Part shown: in pieces, positions 55,893-64,000 of the stretch
How the letters are laid out: each line of letters starts with the position of its first letter
Numbering within the stretch: the first letter of the stretch is position 1
NCBI GenBank assembly: GCA_963775455.1
Contig: CAVZIU010000002.1
Span: forward strand, 340,729-404,728
Reading direction: 5' to 3'
Source of the DNA: an uncultured Pseudomonadota bacterium
Lineage (GTDB): Bacteria; Pseudomonadota; Gammaproteobacteria; Steroidobacterales; Woeseiaceae
DNA: 64,000 bases
Position numbers and translations under genes: made by a program
The notes under the pieces: model-generated
What the model saw: the letters and a program-made list of their open reading frames with translations, nothing else
The model's database searches: none
What the model was told of the DNA's origin: nothing

Positions 55893-56783
55893 ATGAAAAA
55901 GACAGTATTTATGGCCCTGGCCCTGTCGCTCGGCGGCAAGGCCGCGGCGGTCGACATCGACAAGACGCTTGCCGCCGCTGCGGAGGGGCAGGTGAGCGTA
56001 TCGATCATCGCCGGCTCGATCGAGGTGAGCGGCTGGGACCGGGACGAGGTCCGTGTCACGGGCTCCTACGAAGAGGACGTCGAGGAACTCATCTTCGAGC
56101 GCGACGGCGACGAGGTCACGATCCGCATCAAGGTGCCGGACCACAGCTGGGGCAACAAGGACGTCTCGGCCTATCTCGTAATCCAGGTGCCCGAGGACAG
56201 CGGCATCGACATCGGTACGGTCAGCGCCGATATCGACGTGGAGGATGTGCGCGGCGAACAGGAACTGCAGTCGGTGAGCGGCGAGATTTCGACACAGGCC
56301 TTTGGCGAGAATATCGACGCCGGCACAGTCAGCGGCGACGTCGAAATCGAGAGCGCAGTCGACGACAGCGACGGCGAATGGGGTCTGTCGTCCGTCTCCG
56401 GTGACGTCACGGCCACGGGCTTGTCGGGCGACCTGCGCGCGGAAGTGGTCAGCGGCGAGATCGAGATCAGCGGCGGAAACTACGCGCGCTTGCGGGCGGA
56501 GTCGGTGAACGGCGACATCAGCCTCGCGGGCGGCCTGGCGGACGACGGCAGGATCGAGATGGAAACCGTGAACGGCAGCATCGGCATCCAGTTCTCCGGG
56601 CCGCTGTCGGCGCGCTTCGAGATCGAGACATTCAATGGCGTCATCCGCAACTGCTTCGGGCCCGATCCGGAACGTACCAGCAAATACGCGCCCGGCCTCG
56701 AACTCGACTTTACGGAAGGCGACGGCAATGGCCGCGTGTCCCTTGCGACCCTGAACGGCAGCATCGAGGTCTGTAAGAAGTGA
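55893..56783 (+). CDS. DUF4097-like beta-repeat protein, secreted
   Basis: Signal peptide (MKKTVFMALALSLGGKAAA), then repeated V(S/N)G(D/E)I(S/E/D) beta-strand units (SVSGEIS, TVSGDVE, SVSGDVT, VVSGEIE, SVNGDIS, TVNGSIG, TLNGSIE). Confidence 0.75.
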   Translation: MKKTVFMALALSLGGKAAAVDIDKTLAAAAEGQVSVSIIAGSIEVSGWDRDEVRVTGSYEEDVEELIFERDGDEVTIRIKVPDHSWGNKDVSAYLVIQVPEDSGIDIGTVSADIDVEDVRGEQELQSVSGEISTQAFGENIDAGTVSGDVEIESAVDDSDGEWGLSSVSGDVTATGLSGDLRAEVVSGEIEISGGNYARLRAESVNGDISLAGGLADDGRIEMETVNGSIGIQFSGPLSARFEIETFNGVIRNCFGPDPERTSKYAPGLELDFTEGDGNGRVSLATLNGSIEVCKK

Positions 56784-56838
56784 ATTAGGGTGACAGTTAC
56801 CCCAATTCGCTGAATTGAGGTAACTGTCACCCTAATTC
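56782..56838. repeat. palindromic intergenic element (GGTGACAGTTACC family), copy 2
   Basis: GAATTAGGGTGACAGTTACC (56782-56801) pairs with GGTAACTGTCACCCTAATTC (56819-56838). It shares the core of the 7907-7959 element and begins inside the DUF4097 stop codon. Confidence 0.75.
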
Positions 56839-56866
56839 GATACCCTAGGCGGCCCCGGAAGCACGG

Positions 56867-59212
56867 ATGAAGTCCATGGGCCGCGTCCTCAAACTCCTCC
56901 TGATATTCGTTGCCGCGCTGGTCGCCCTGGCGGTCATCGCCGTCCTCGTTTTCGCCTTGCTGTTCGACCCGAACGATTATCGCGACCGCATCGCGCAGGC
57001 GGTCGAGGCGCAGACCGGACGCGAATTCGTGATCGAGGGCGAACTCGGGCTCAGCGTGTTTCCCTGGCTCGCCGTCGAGGTCGGACGCACGAAACTCGGC
57101 AACGCCGAGGGTTTCGGCCCGGAGCCCTTTGCGAGCTTCGAATCGGCCGAGCTCAGCGTCAGGCTCCTGCCGATGCTGCTGCGCCGGGAGATCGAGGTCG
57201 GCAAGGCCCGCCTCGAAGGCCTCGACCTCCAACTCGCGGTGGCCGCGGACGGCCGCAGCAACTGGCAGGACTTGACCGAGGCGCAGGAGACCCCCGATCC
57301 TGCTGCGCCCGACGAGGACGACGGCGGCCCGGCCTCCCTGGACATCGGCAGCATCGAGGTCGTCAATGCGAGCCTGACTTACGCCGATGCCCAGGCCGGA
57401 ACGACGTACCGCCTGCAAAACCTGAACGCCTCGACCGGGACCATCCGTCCTGGCGATCCGGTCGACTTCGACGCCGGCTTCGACTTCGCGATGGAGCCTG
57501 ACGGCACCACCGGATCACTTGACGCCGCCGGAACACTGACCCTCGGCGAGTCGACGGTCGACCTGGCGGACGTGTCCGTGCAAGGCGAGCTCGCGGGCGA
57601 AACGCCCGTCCACCTGGAGCTCGCGATGCCGATCGTGCAGATGAACACCGGGTCCGGCGCGCTCAAGGTCGCAAACGTCACGATCAAGGGCGATGTTGGC
57701 GGCGAAACGCCGCTGGAATTCGATCTCGCGGCGGCAGCGGTAGAGATGGATACCGAAGCCGGCAGCCTGACGGTGGCGAACCTGTCGTCGCGCGGCCAGC
57801 TCGCGGGCGAAACGCCGGTCGCCTTCTCGCTGTCGGCGCCGGCGATCGGCGTCGATACCGAGGCCAGCCGAGTTTCGCCCGGCACGCTCGACTTCTCCGC
57901 ATTCGACGTCAAAGGCAACGCCGCGGTGGAACCGTTCTCCTACGCGGACGAAATCACCCCGTCGGCGACCCTGCACATCGATGCGTTCTCGCCGAAGAGC
58001 CTCATGCAGGCGCTGGACATCGAAGCGCCGCCGACCGCCGACCCCGATGCACTCGGCAAGCTGGTCATCGATGCGCATGCGGCGGTCGGCATCGACAGCA
58101 TCACGCTCGACCAGCTTCGCATGAAGCTCGACGACACGACCTTCACCGGCGAGTTCGTCATGCCGATGGATCCGGCCGGCCGGATCCGTTTTGGCCTCGC
58201 GGCGGACGCCATCAACGCGGACCGCTACATGGCGCCGACCGACGAGAATGCCGCGCCCGCCGCGGACGGCGAAGAACCGCCGCTCGAGATCCCGGTGGAT
58301 CTGATCCGCGAGCTCAACGTTGCAGGTTCGCTCACGATCGGCGAGGTGCTGCTCGGCGGCATGAGCTTTTCGGACGTCGAGCTCGTTGTGGACAGTGCGG
58401 ATGGCCGCATGCGCATCCATCCCTTTACCGCCGGCTTCTTCGACGGCCGCTACGAGGGCGACATCCGCATCGATGCGAGCGGCGATCTCGCAAGCCTGTC
58501 GGCGAACGAAAAGATCAGCGACGTGAGCCTCGCGCCGCTGGCCAAGGCAGCGTTCGAGCAGGAGAACATCACCGGCCTCCTCAACGGCACCTTCCAGCTC
58601 TCCGGCCGCGGCAACGACATGAGCGAGATCCAGAAGACGCTGGACGGCAAGCTGTCGTTCGCGCTCGCGGATGGCGCCTACGAAGGCGTGGACGTCTGGT
58701 ACCAGTTGCGGCGTGCGCGTGCGCTGTTTCGCAAGGAGGCGCCGCCCGAGCCGAGCCTGCCGCCGCGCACAGCTTTCAGCGACGTTTCGGCAACCGGCAC
58801 GGTCACGGACGGCGTGATGCGGAACGAGGACTTCGTTGCCGACCTGCCGTTCATGCGGCTGACCGGCAAGGGCAGCGTCGACCTCGTCGCAGGAACGATC
58901 GACTATGCGCTGACCGGCAACGTTTACGACCGGCCGGAGGGCATAGGGCAAACCGCCCAGGGCGAGGTCGCCGACCTGGCGAAGGCGGTGATCCCGCTGA
59001 AAGTCACCGGCAGCCTGGTAGAGCCCAAGATCGGCATCGACGTCGACGACATGGTGAAGGAGCGCGCCAAGGACGAACTGCGTGAACGCCTGCTGGAGAA
59101 GCTCGACGACGGCGAAGAGACGACCGGCGAAGGCGAGACCGAGGAGAAAGACCCAGAGGACGAGGCGAAGGATCTCCTGAAAGACAAGCTCAGGGATTTG
59201 CTCGACCAATGA
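56867..59212 (+). CDS. asmA: AsmA family outer-membrane assembly protein
   Basis: 781 aa with an N-terminal TM anchor, FDPNDYRDRIAQAVEAQTGREFVIEG..., and a C-terminal AsmA-like region with an acidic tail. Confidence 0.85.
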   Translation: MKSMGRVLKLLLIFVAALVALAVIAVLVFALLFDPNDYRDRIAQAVEAQTGREFVIEGELGLSVFPWLAVEVGRTKLGNAEGFGPEPFASFESAELSVRLLPMLLRREIEVGKARLEGLDLQLAVAADGRSNWQDLTEAQETPDPAAPDEDDGGPASLDIGSIEVVNASLTYADAQAGTTYRLQNLNASTGTIRPGDPVDFDAGFDFAMEPDGTTGSLDAAGTLTLGESTVDLADVSVQGELAGETPVHLELAMPIVQMNTGSGALKVANVTIKGDVGGETPLEFDLAAAAVEMDTEAGSLTVANLSSRGQLAGETPVAFSLSAPAIGVDTEASRVSPGTLDFSAFDVKGNAAVEPFSYADEITPSATLHIDAFSPKSLMQALDIEAPPTADPDALGKLVIDAHAAVGIDSITLDQLRMKLDDTTFTGEFVMPMDPAGRIRFGLAADAINADRYMAPTDENAAPAADGEEPPLEIPVDLIRELNVAGSLTIGEVLLGGMSFSDVELVVDSADGRMRIHPFTAGFFDGRYEGDIRIDASGDLASLSANEKISDVSLAPLAKAAFEQENITGLLNGTFQLSGRGNDMSEIQKTLDGKLSFALADGAYEGVDVWYQLRRARALFRKEAPPEPSLPPRTAFSDVSATGTVTDGVMRNEDFVADLPFMRLTGKGSVDLVAGTIDYALTGNVYDRPEGIGQTAQGEVADLAKAVIPLKVTGSLVEPKIGIDVDDMVKERAKDELRERLLEKLDDGEETTGEGETEEKDPEDEAKDLLKDKLRDLLDQ

Positions 59213-59778
59213 ACCGCCGGCTCGCCTGCGTGGCCGCGGCGCTGCTGTCGCCGATGGCAACGCCGGCGGTCGAGTTGCGCAACATCGTCGTCGACTTCGA
59301 CGGCGAAATGTACTCCGTCGACTCCGAGGTCTTTTTCGACGCGCCGCAGCCCGCCGTGTATGCGATCTTCGACGACTGGGATCTCTCCGAGGAGTTCTCG
59401 TCCGCGATCGTCGAGGCTTACGACATCGGCCCGGATGCCGAGGGACGGCGCGGCTACTACGTCCGCAATCGCGGCTGCTTCCTTTTCTATTGCAAATCGG
59501 TGGAGCGGCGCGGCACCGTCGAGGCGACGCCGCACACGGACCTCGTGGCGCGTGCCGACCCGGACGAAAGCGATTTCGAGATGTGCGATGAGCACTGGAA
59601 GTTCGTGACGGAGAACGGCGGCACGCTCGTCAACTATTCGCTGCGCATGAAGCCCGCGTTCTGGGTGCCGCCCGTGATCGGCCCCTATGTCATCAAGAAC
59701 AAGCTCCGGTCCGACGGTGCCGAGGCCCTCGCGCGCATCGAGCAGCTGGCGCTCGCGCGGGAGACGGCGGATGGCTGA
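59209..59778 (+). CDS. SRPBCC/START-like fold protein with signal peptide (hypothetical)
   Basis: 189 aa overlapping the asmA stop. The pattern resembles polyketide-cyclase/SRPBCC proteins. This is a weak family call. Confidence 0.5.
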   Translation: MNRRLACVAAALLSPMATPAVELRNIVVDFDGEMYSVDSEVFFDAPQPAVYAIFDDWDLSEEFSSAIVEAYDIGPDAEGRRGYYVRNRGCFLFYCKSVERRGTVEATPHTDLVARADPDESDFEMCDEHWKFVTENGGTLVNYSLRMKPAFWVPPVIGPYVIKNKLRSDGAEALARIEQLALARETADG

Positions 59779-60826
59779 GATCGCGCCACGCCTGCTTGCC
59801 TGGTACGACCGCCATGGCCGCAAGAACCTGCCGTGGCAGGGTCGCGGCGCCTATCACGTCTGGATCTCCGAGATCATGCTGCAGCAGACGCAGCTCGCGA
59901 CGGTCCTGCCATACTTCGAGCGCTTCATCGCCCGCTTCCCGAACGTACGGGCGCTCGCGGATGCGCCGCTCGACGAGGTGCTCGCGTCCTGGTCGGGGCT
60001 CGGTTACTACGCGCGCGGGCGTAACCTGCACGCCGCCGCGCGGCTCGTGCGCGACCAGCACGACGGCGAGTTCCCGCGGGATTTCGCAGCGGTCCGGGCG
60101 CTGCCGGGCATCGGCCGGTCGACCGCCGGCGCGATACTTGCGCAGGCCGAAGGGGCGCGGCATGCGATCCTCGACGGCAACGCCAAGCGCGTGCTGGCGC
60201 GCCACGAGGCGATCGCGGGCTGGCCCGGGCAGGGCGCCGTCTCGGCCGCGCTGTGGGAAGCCGCCGAACGCTATACGCCGACGGCGCGAGTGGCCGACTA
60301 CACGCAGGCGATCATGGACCTCGGCGCTACGCTCTGTACGCGCAGCCGGCCACGCTGTCCCGAATGCCCGATCGCGAGCGATTGCAGCGCAGCGGCGCAG
60401 GGGAATGCCGGCGCCTATCCCGGCAAGCGGCCGGCAACGACAAAGCCCCGCAAGGCGACGACGATGCTGCTTGCCGTGTCCGGCGACAGCGTCTACCTGG
60501 AACGGCGGCCGCCGGCGGGCATCTGGGGCGGTCTCTGGAGCTTGCCGGAGATCGGAGACGGCACGCCGGACACCTGGGCCGCCGAACGGCTCGGTGCGCG
60601 CGTGCGCGCAAGCCAGCACTGGCCGGTGTTGCGGCACGGCTTCACGCATTTCGATCTCGACATCTCGCCCGTGCTGCTCGAACTGGACGGCGTGCCGGGC
60701 GCCGTGACGGAAGCCGGCGCCGCCGTCTGGTATCGTCTGGACGACGAACCGCCGGGCGGCTTTGCGGCGCCGGTGCGCAAACTGCTGGACACCCTCAAGG
60801 AAACGACGAATGGCGCGAACGGTTAA
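59771..60826 (+). CDS. mutY: A/G-specific adenine DNA glycosylase
   Basis: [16 protein letters not shown]...[14 protein letters not shown], a 4Fe-4S cluster loop ([17 protein letters not shown]) and a NUDIX-like C-terminal domain. Confidence 0.95.
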   Translation: MAEIAPRLLAWYDRHGRKNLPWQGRGAYHVWISEIMLQQTQLATVLPYFERFIARFPNVRALADAPLDEVLASWSGLGYYARGRNLHAAARLVRDQHDGEFPRDFAAVRALPGIGRSTAGAILAQAEGARHAILDGNAKRVLARHEAIAGWPGQGAVSAALWEAAERYTPTARVADYTQAIMDLGATLCTRSRPRCPECPIASDCSAAAQGNAGAYPGKRPATTKPRKATTMLLAVSGDSVYLERRPPAGIWGGLWSLPEIGDGTPDTWAAERLGARVRASQHWPVLRHGFTHFDLDISPVLLELDGVPGAVTEAGAAVWYRLDDEPPGGFAAPVRKLLDTLKETTNGANG

Positions 60827-61082
60827 GTGCGTAATGCTGGGCGAGGACGCCGAGGGCCTCGACTACGCGCCCTATCCCGGCGCGCTCGGCCGGCGTATCT
60901 ACGAGAACGTGTCGAAACAGGCATGGCAGCGCTGGCTCGCGCACCAGACGATGCTGATCAACGAATACCGACTTTCGGCGATCGAACCGGAGGCGCGCAA
61001 GTTCCTCGAGACCGAAATGGAGAAGTTCTTCTTCGGCGAGGGCTCCGCCGCGCCGCAGGAATACGTCCCCCCCGAATTGTAG
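60810..61082 (+). CDS. yggX: Fe(2+)-trafficking protein YggX
   Basis: [52 protein letters not shown]... It follows mutY, as in E. coli. Confidence 0.9.
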   Translation: MARTVKCVMLGEDAEGLDYAPYPGALGRRIYENVSKQAWQRWLAHQTMLINEYRLSAIEPEARKFLETEMEKFFFGEGSAAPQEYVPPEL

Positions 61083-61092
61083 GTGCGCGTCG

Positions 61093-61285
61093 ACAGGCAG
61101 GCGTGCCGGGCATTGCTTCCGGGAATGGCTCGGCTTCGCCGCGCTCGCCTGCGCTTTATTTCCCTGCAGCAACGCCCGGCACGCCTGCCCTGAGTATCCG
61201 GCAACCGGGCGAGGGGGCCTGTTCGACCGAAATAAAGCGCAGCGCAGCGAGCCATTCGGGAGAACAGGCCTGGAGCCCGGTTGCC
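61093..61285. repeat. two inverted copies of a ~90-nt hairpin-forming element
   Basis: Copy A has a 16-bp perfect stem, GGCAGGCGTGCCGGGC (61096-61111) with GCCCGGCACGCCTGCC (61175-61190). Copy B has stems GGCAACCGGGC (61200-61210) with GCCCGGTTGCC (61275-61285), and GGCCTGTTC with GAACAGGCC. The two loops share GAATGGCTCG...GCGCTTTATTTC in opposite orientation. Confidence 0.6.
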
Positions 61286-61304
61286 TCCTTCGCCGGCCCG
61301 GGAC

Positions 61305-62249
61305 CTACGGACGCACGAGGTATTGCACGCTGAACAGGGCTTCCGGGTCGGTCCACACGCGATCGACGGCGAAGCCGGCCTCGCGCGCCAGCGCCGCGAA
61401 GCTCGACAGCGTGTACTTGTGCGAGTACTCGGTGAGGATGCCTTCGCCGCGTGCGACGTGGATGGTGCGGCCGCCGATCGTCACGTGCTGCGCACGCTTG
61501 CTGACGAGGCAGATGACGACGCGCCCGGCTTGCTCGTCATAACGCGCCTGGTGCTCGAAGGCGTCGAGGTCGAAGTTCGCACCATAGTCGCGATTCATTC
61601 GCGCGAGCACGTTGAGATTGAATTCGGCGGTCACTCCCGCACTGTCGTTGTAGGCGGCCTCGATGATCGCGGGATCCTTCTGCAGGTCGACGCCGATCAG
61701 CAGCGCGCCGTTCGCGCCTGCCTCCTGGTACATCACTCGCAACAGGTGCAGCGCCTCGTCGCGCAAGAGGTTGCCGATGGTCGAACCGGGGAAGTAGACG
61801 ATGTTGCGCAGCGGCATGACTTTCGGCGTCGGCAGGGCGAACGGCCGGGTGAAATCCGCGACGACGGGCAGCACCTCGATGTGCGGGAAATCCGCCTGCA
61901 GGGCCGCCGCGGTTTCGAGCAGGAAATCCTCCGAGATGTCGACCGGCACGTACGCGGCCGGTTCGTGCAGTCGCTCGAGCAGGATACGGGTCTTGACACT
62001 GGAGCCGCTGCCGAACTCGATCAGGCTCGGCCGCCGGCCGGCCAGGTCGGCGATCTCGCCGACGTGGTCGCGCATGATCGCGATCTCGGTGTCGGTGAGG
62101 TAGTACTCGGGCAGCTCCGTGATCGCGTCGAACAGCTGCGAGCCGCGCTCGTCGTAAAAATACTTGGGCGCAATCCGCTTCCGCGTCGCCGTCAGGCCCC
62201 GCAGGATCTCGGCGAGTTCGTCGGTGCGATGCTGTTGCACGGCAATCAC
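61305..62249 (-). CDS. egtD: L-histidine N(alpha)-methyltransferase (ergothioneine biosynthesis EgtD)
   Basis: PKYFYDERGSQLFDAITELPEYYLTDTE, IEFGSGSSVKTR and EYSHKYT motifs. The GTG start at 62249 overlaps the egtB stop (GTGA). Confidence 0.85.
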   Translation of the reverse strand: MIAVQQHRTDELAEILRGLTATRKRIAPKYFYDERGSQLFDAITELPEYYLTDTEIAIMRDHVGEIADLAGRRPSLIEFGSGSSVKTRILLERLHEPAAYVPVDISEDFLLETAAALQADFPHIEVLPVVADFTRPFALPTPKVMPLRNIVYFPGSTIGNLLRDEALHLLRVMYQEAGANGALLIGVDLQKDPAIIEAAYNDSAGVTAEFNLNVLARMNRDYGANFDLDAFEHQARYDEQAGRVVICLVSKRAQHVTIGGRTIHVARGEGILTEYSHKYTLSSFAALAREAGFAVDRVWTDPEALFSVQYLVRP

Positions 62250-63535
62250 GCTGTCACGTCCTGCGCGAGCCTGAAGCCCAGGAACTGCCAGCGGGCGTCC
62301 GGATAGAAAAAACTGCGGTAGCTCGCGCGGATGTGCCCGGCTGGCGTGACGCAGGAACCGCCGCGCACCGTCAGCTGGTTGCACATGAACTTGCCGTTGT
62401 ACTCGCCGAGCGAACCGGCCAGCGGGCGGAAGCCGGGGTACGGCGCATACGCGGAGGAGGTCCACTCCCAGGCGTCGCCGAAGAACTGCGGGCCCGGCCC
62501 GCTCACCGGGTGCAGCCAGCCGGTTTCCATGAGGTTTCCGGCGACTGGTTCGGCCGCAGCTGCATGCTCCCACTCGAATTCCGTCGGCAGCCGCGCGCCG
62601 GCCCAGCGCGCGAATGCGTCCGCCTCGTAATAGCTCACATGCACGACCGGTGCGCCGGGATCGATGTCCCGCCGTCCGCCGAGCGTGAATTCGGACGCCA
62701 GGTCTTCGCTCCAGTACAGCGGCCGCTGCCAGTCGTGGCGGTTCACGGCCGCCCAGCCGTCGGACAGCCACAGCGACGGCTCGCGATACGCGCCGTCCAC
62801 AATGAACTCGCGGTACTCGCCATTGGTGACCAGCCGGTTCGCGATGCGGTGCTCGTGCAGCAAGGCATCGTGACGCGGTGTCTCGTTGTCGAAGCAGAAG
62901 CCGTCTTCGCCGGCACCGACGCGAACGATGCCGCCCGCGACGTTGGCATAGCCAAGCGCGCGAGCCGGCGATCGTTGCGCGCGCGGCAGGCCGGGCAGCA
63001 CGGACGGTTCGAGGGGATTCACGGAAAACACGTGCTTGATGTCCGTCAGCATGAGCTCCTGGTGCTGCTGCTCGTGGTTCAGGCCGAGCGTGACGAGCGA
63101 CGCGATGCCCTCTTCGCCGGTCTCGATGAGCCGGAGCAGGTGCTCGTCGACGTGCGTGCGATAGGCGAGGATCGCGGCGTAGGTCGGCCGCGACAGCAGG
63201 CCGCGCTCCGGCCGGCGGTGCATGTTGCCAACCGTGTGGTAATAGGAGTTGAAGAGATAATCGAAGGCCGGGTCGAAAACCTCGTAGCGGCTTGCGTGCG
63301 GGCCCAGTATGAAATGCTCGAAGAACCAGCTCGTGTGCGCGAGATGCCATTTCGTCGGGCTGACGTCGGGCATCGACTGCACGACGGTGTCCTCGATCTC
63401 GAGCGAGTCCGTGAGCGTTACGCTCTGCGTGCGTATCCGCGTGTAGCGTGTCGCGAGATTGTCGCCGGCGGCGACGGCGAGATACTCGGCTCTCGTTGCC
63501 ATGGGCGTGGCTGCAAACGATTCAGGTGCGATCAC
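62246..63535 (-). CDS. egtB: ergothioneine biosynthesis protein EgtB (hercynine sulfoxide synthase)
   Basis: DinB-like N-terminal domain (SPTKWHLAHTSWFFE) plus an FGE-sulfatase-like C-terminal domain (WEWTSSAYAPYPGF, RGGSCVTP). The start is either GTG 63535 or ATG 63502. Confidence 0.85.
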   Translation of the reverse strand: MIAPESFAATPMATRAEYLAVAAGDNLATRYTRIRTQSVTLTDSLEIEDTVVQSMPDVSPTKWHLAHTSWFFEHFILGPHASRYEVFDPAFDYLFNSYYHTVGNMHRRPERGLLSRPTYAAILAYRTHVDEHLLRLIETGEEGIASLVTLGLNHEQQHQELMLTDIKHVFSVNPLEPSVLPGLPRAQRSPARALGYANVAGGIVRVGAGEDGFCFDNETPRHDALLHEHRIANRLVTNGEYREFIVDGAYREPSLWLSDGWAAVNRHDWQRPLYWSEDLASEFTLGGRRDIDPGAPVVHVSYYEADAFARWAGARLPTEFEWEHAAAAEPVAGNLMETGWLHPVSGPGPQFFGDAWEWTSSAYAPYPGFRPLAGSLGEYNGKFMCNQLTVRGGSCVTPAGHIRASYRSFFYPDARWQFLGFRLAQDVTA

Positions 63536-63601
63536 CGTAACGCAAATGTGTGACGCGGACCAGCGTTCCCGGCGATTGTAAAAATTGCACGCGGAGCCGC
63601 A

Positions 63602-64000
63602 TCAATTCGGCGCGGCGCGCAACGGCAGTTCGGTCTTTTTCTGCACGGTGCGGATCGCGACGCTCGAGTTGACGCGCGCGACGCCCGGCAGGCGCGTCAG
63701 CGCGTCCTTGTGCAGTCGCTCGAAGTCGGCCATGTCGGAAACCGCGACCCGGAGCAGGTAGTCGAACTCGCCGGTCATGAGGTAACACTCCATGACTTCG
63801 GGAATGTTGCGCACTGCTTCCTCGAAACGCGCCAGCTCGCTGTCCTCTTCGCGCTGCAGTCCGATGTGGACGTACACGTTGCCCGGCAGGCCGACTTTCG
63901 CCTGCGACAGCAGCGCGACGTACCGGTCGATGTGGCCGGATTCCTCCAGTGCACGGACCCGCCGCAGGCACGCCGACTCCGACAGGTTCACGGCCTGGGC
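63602..64000 (-). CDS. Lrp/AsnC family transcriptional regulator (N-terminus beyond the right edge)
   Basis: ...NLSESACLRRVRALEESGHIDRYVALL... (HTH end) plus an AsnC-type ligand-binding domain. The reading frame stays open to the window edge. Confidence 0.85.
   Translation of the reverse strand, partial: AQAVNLSESACLRRVRALEESGHIDRYVALLSQAKVGLPGNVYVHIGLQREEDSELARFEEAVRNIPEVMECYLMTGEFDYLLRVAVSDMADFERLHKDALTRLPGVARVNSSVAIRTVQKKTELPLRAAPN

Noticed and set aside
1-64000. A window-wide search for mobile elements, prophage genes, toxin-antitoxin pairs, restriction-modification systems, CRISPR-Cas or other defence islands.
   Set aside because: I found no integrase, transposase, tRNA attachment site, phage structural gene, or recognisable defence or TA protein in any frame. 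The only compositional anomaly is the single-gene VOC islet.

Overview
This is a high-GC core-chromosome segment of a gammaproteobacterium; housekeeping genes hand-count at about 65-68% G+C. Synteny is Pseudomonas/Xanthomonas-like. I call about 65 protein genes, almost all housekeeping.

Gene order, left to right:
- ctaG-coxA-coxB (aa3-type oxidase, minus strand)
- bioC-like methyltransferase / comF, then ubiA
- a long minus-strand block: yicC-gmk-(flavodoxin-like)-rpoZ-spoT-ridA-recG
- PP2C phosphatase-rph-rdgB-hemW, then rpmE and gltA
- mrcA divergent from pilMNOPQ-aroK-(VOC islet)-aroB-dgt-pyrF-hemE
- fadD-tesA divergent from ybbA-ybbP-NUDIX
- hydroxyacid dehydrogenase, ycgN, ppc
- an orphan ORF, then a complete unfused trpEGDCFBA operon
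- a GGDEF/EAL protein, then ECF sigma/anti-sigma/DUF4097, asmA, mutY-yggX
- egtD-egtB (ergothioneine) and a partial Lrp/AsnC regulator

I recognise no rRNA, tRNA, transposase, integrase, CRISPR or known defence genes, and I do not see a convincing new multi-gene system.

What I think deserves a second look is smaller scale:
1. A Trp-codon leader peptide and hand-foldable attenuator before trpE.
2. A 14-nt triplication that creates a relay of ATGA-coupled micro-ORFs into trpC.
3. A 402-aa orphan ORF between ppc and trp. Its motifs look like a catalytically dead ribonucleotide-reductase barrel.
4. A perfect inverted pair of DnaA boxes plus a third box in the only AT-rich intergenic region.
5. 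A roughly 50% G+C VOC-gene islet splitting aroK-aroB, bracketed by REP repeats.
6. At least three families of dispersed palindromic repeats.

All protein calls come from reading the supplied translations and my own hand translation. No database search was run.
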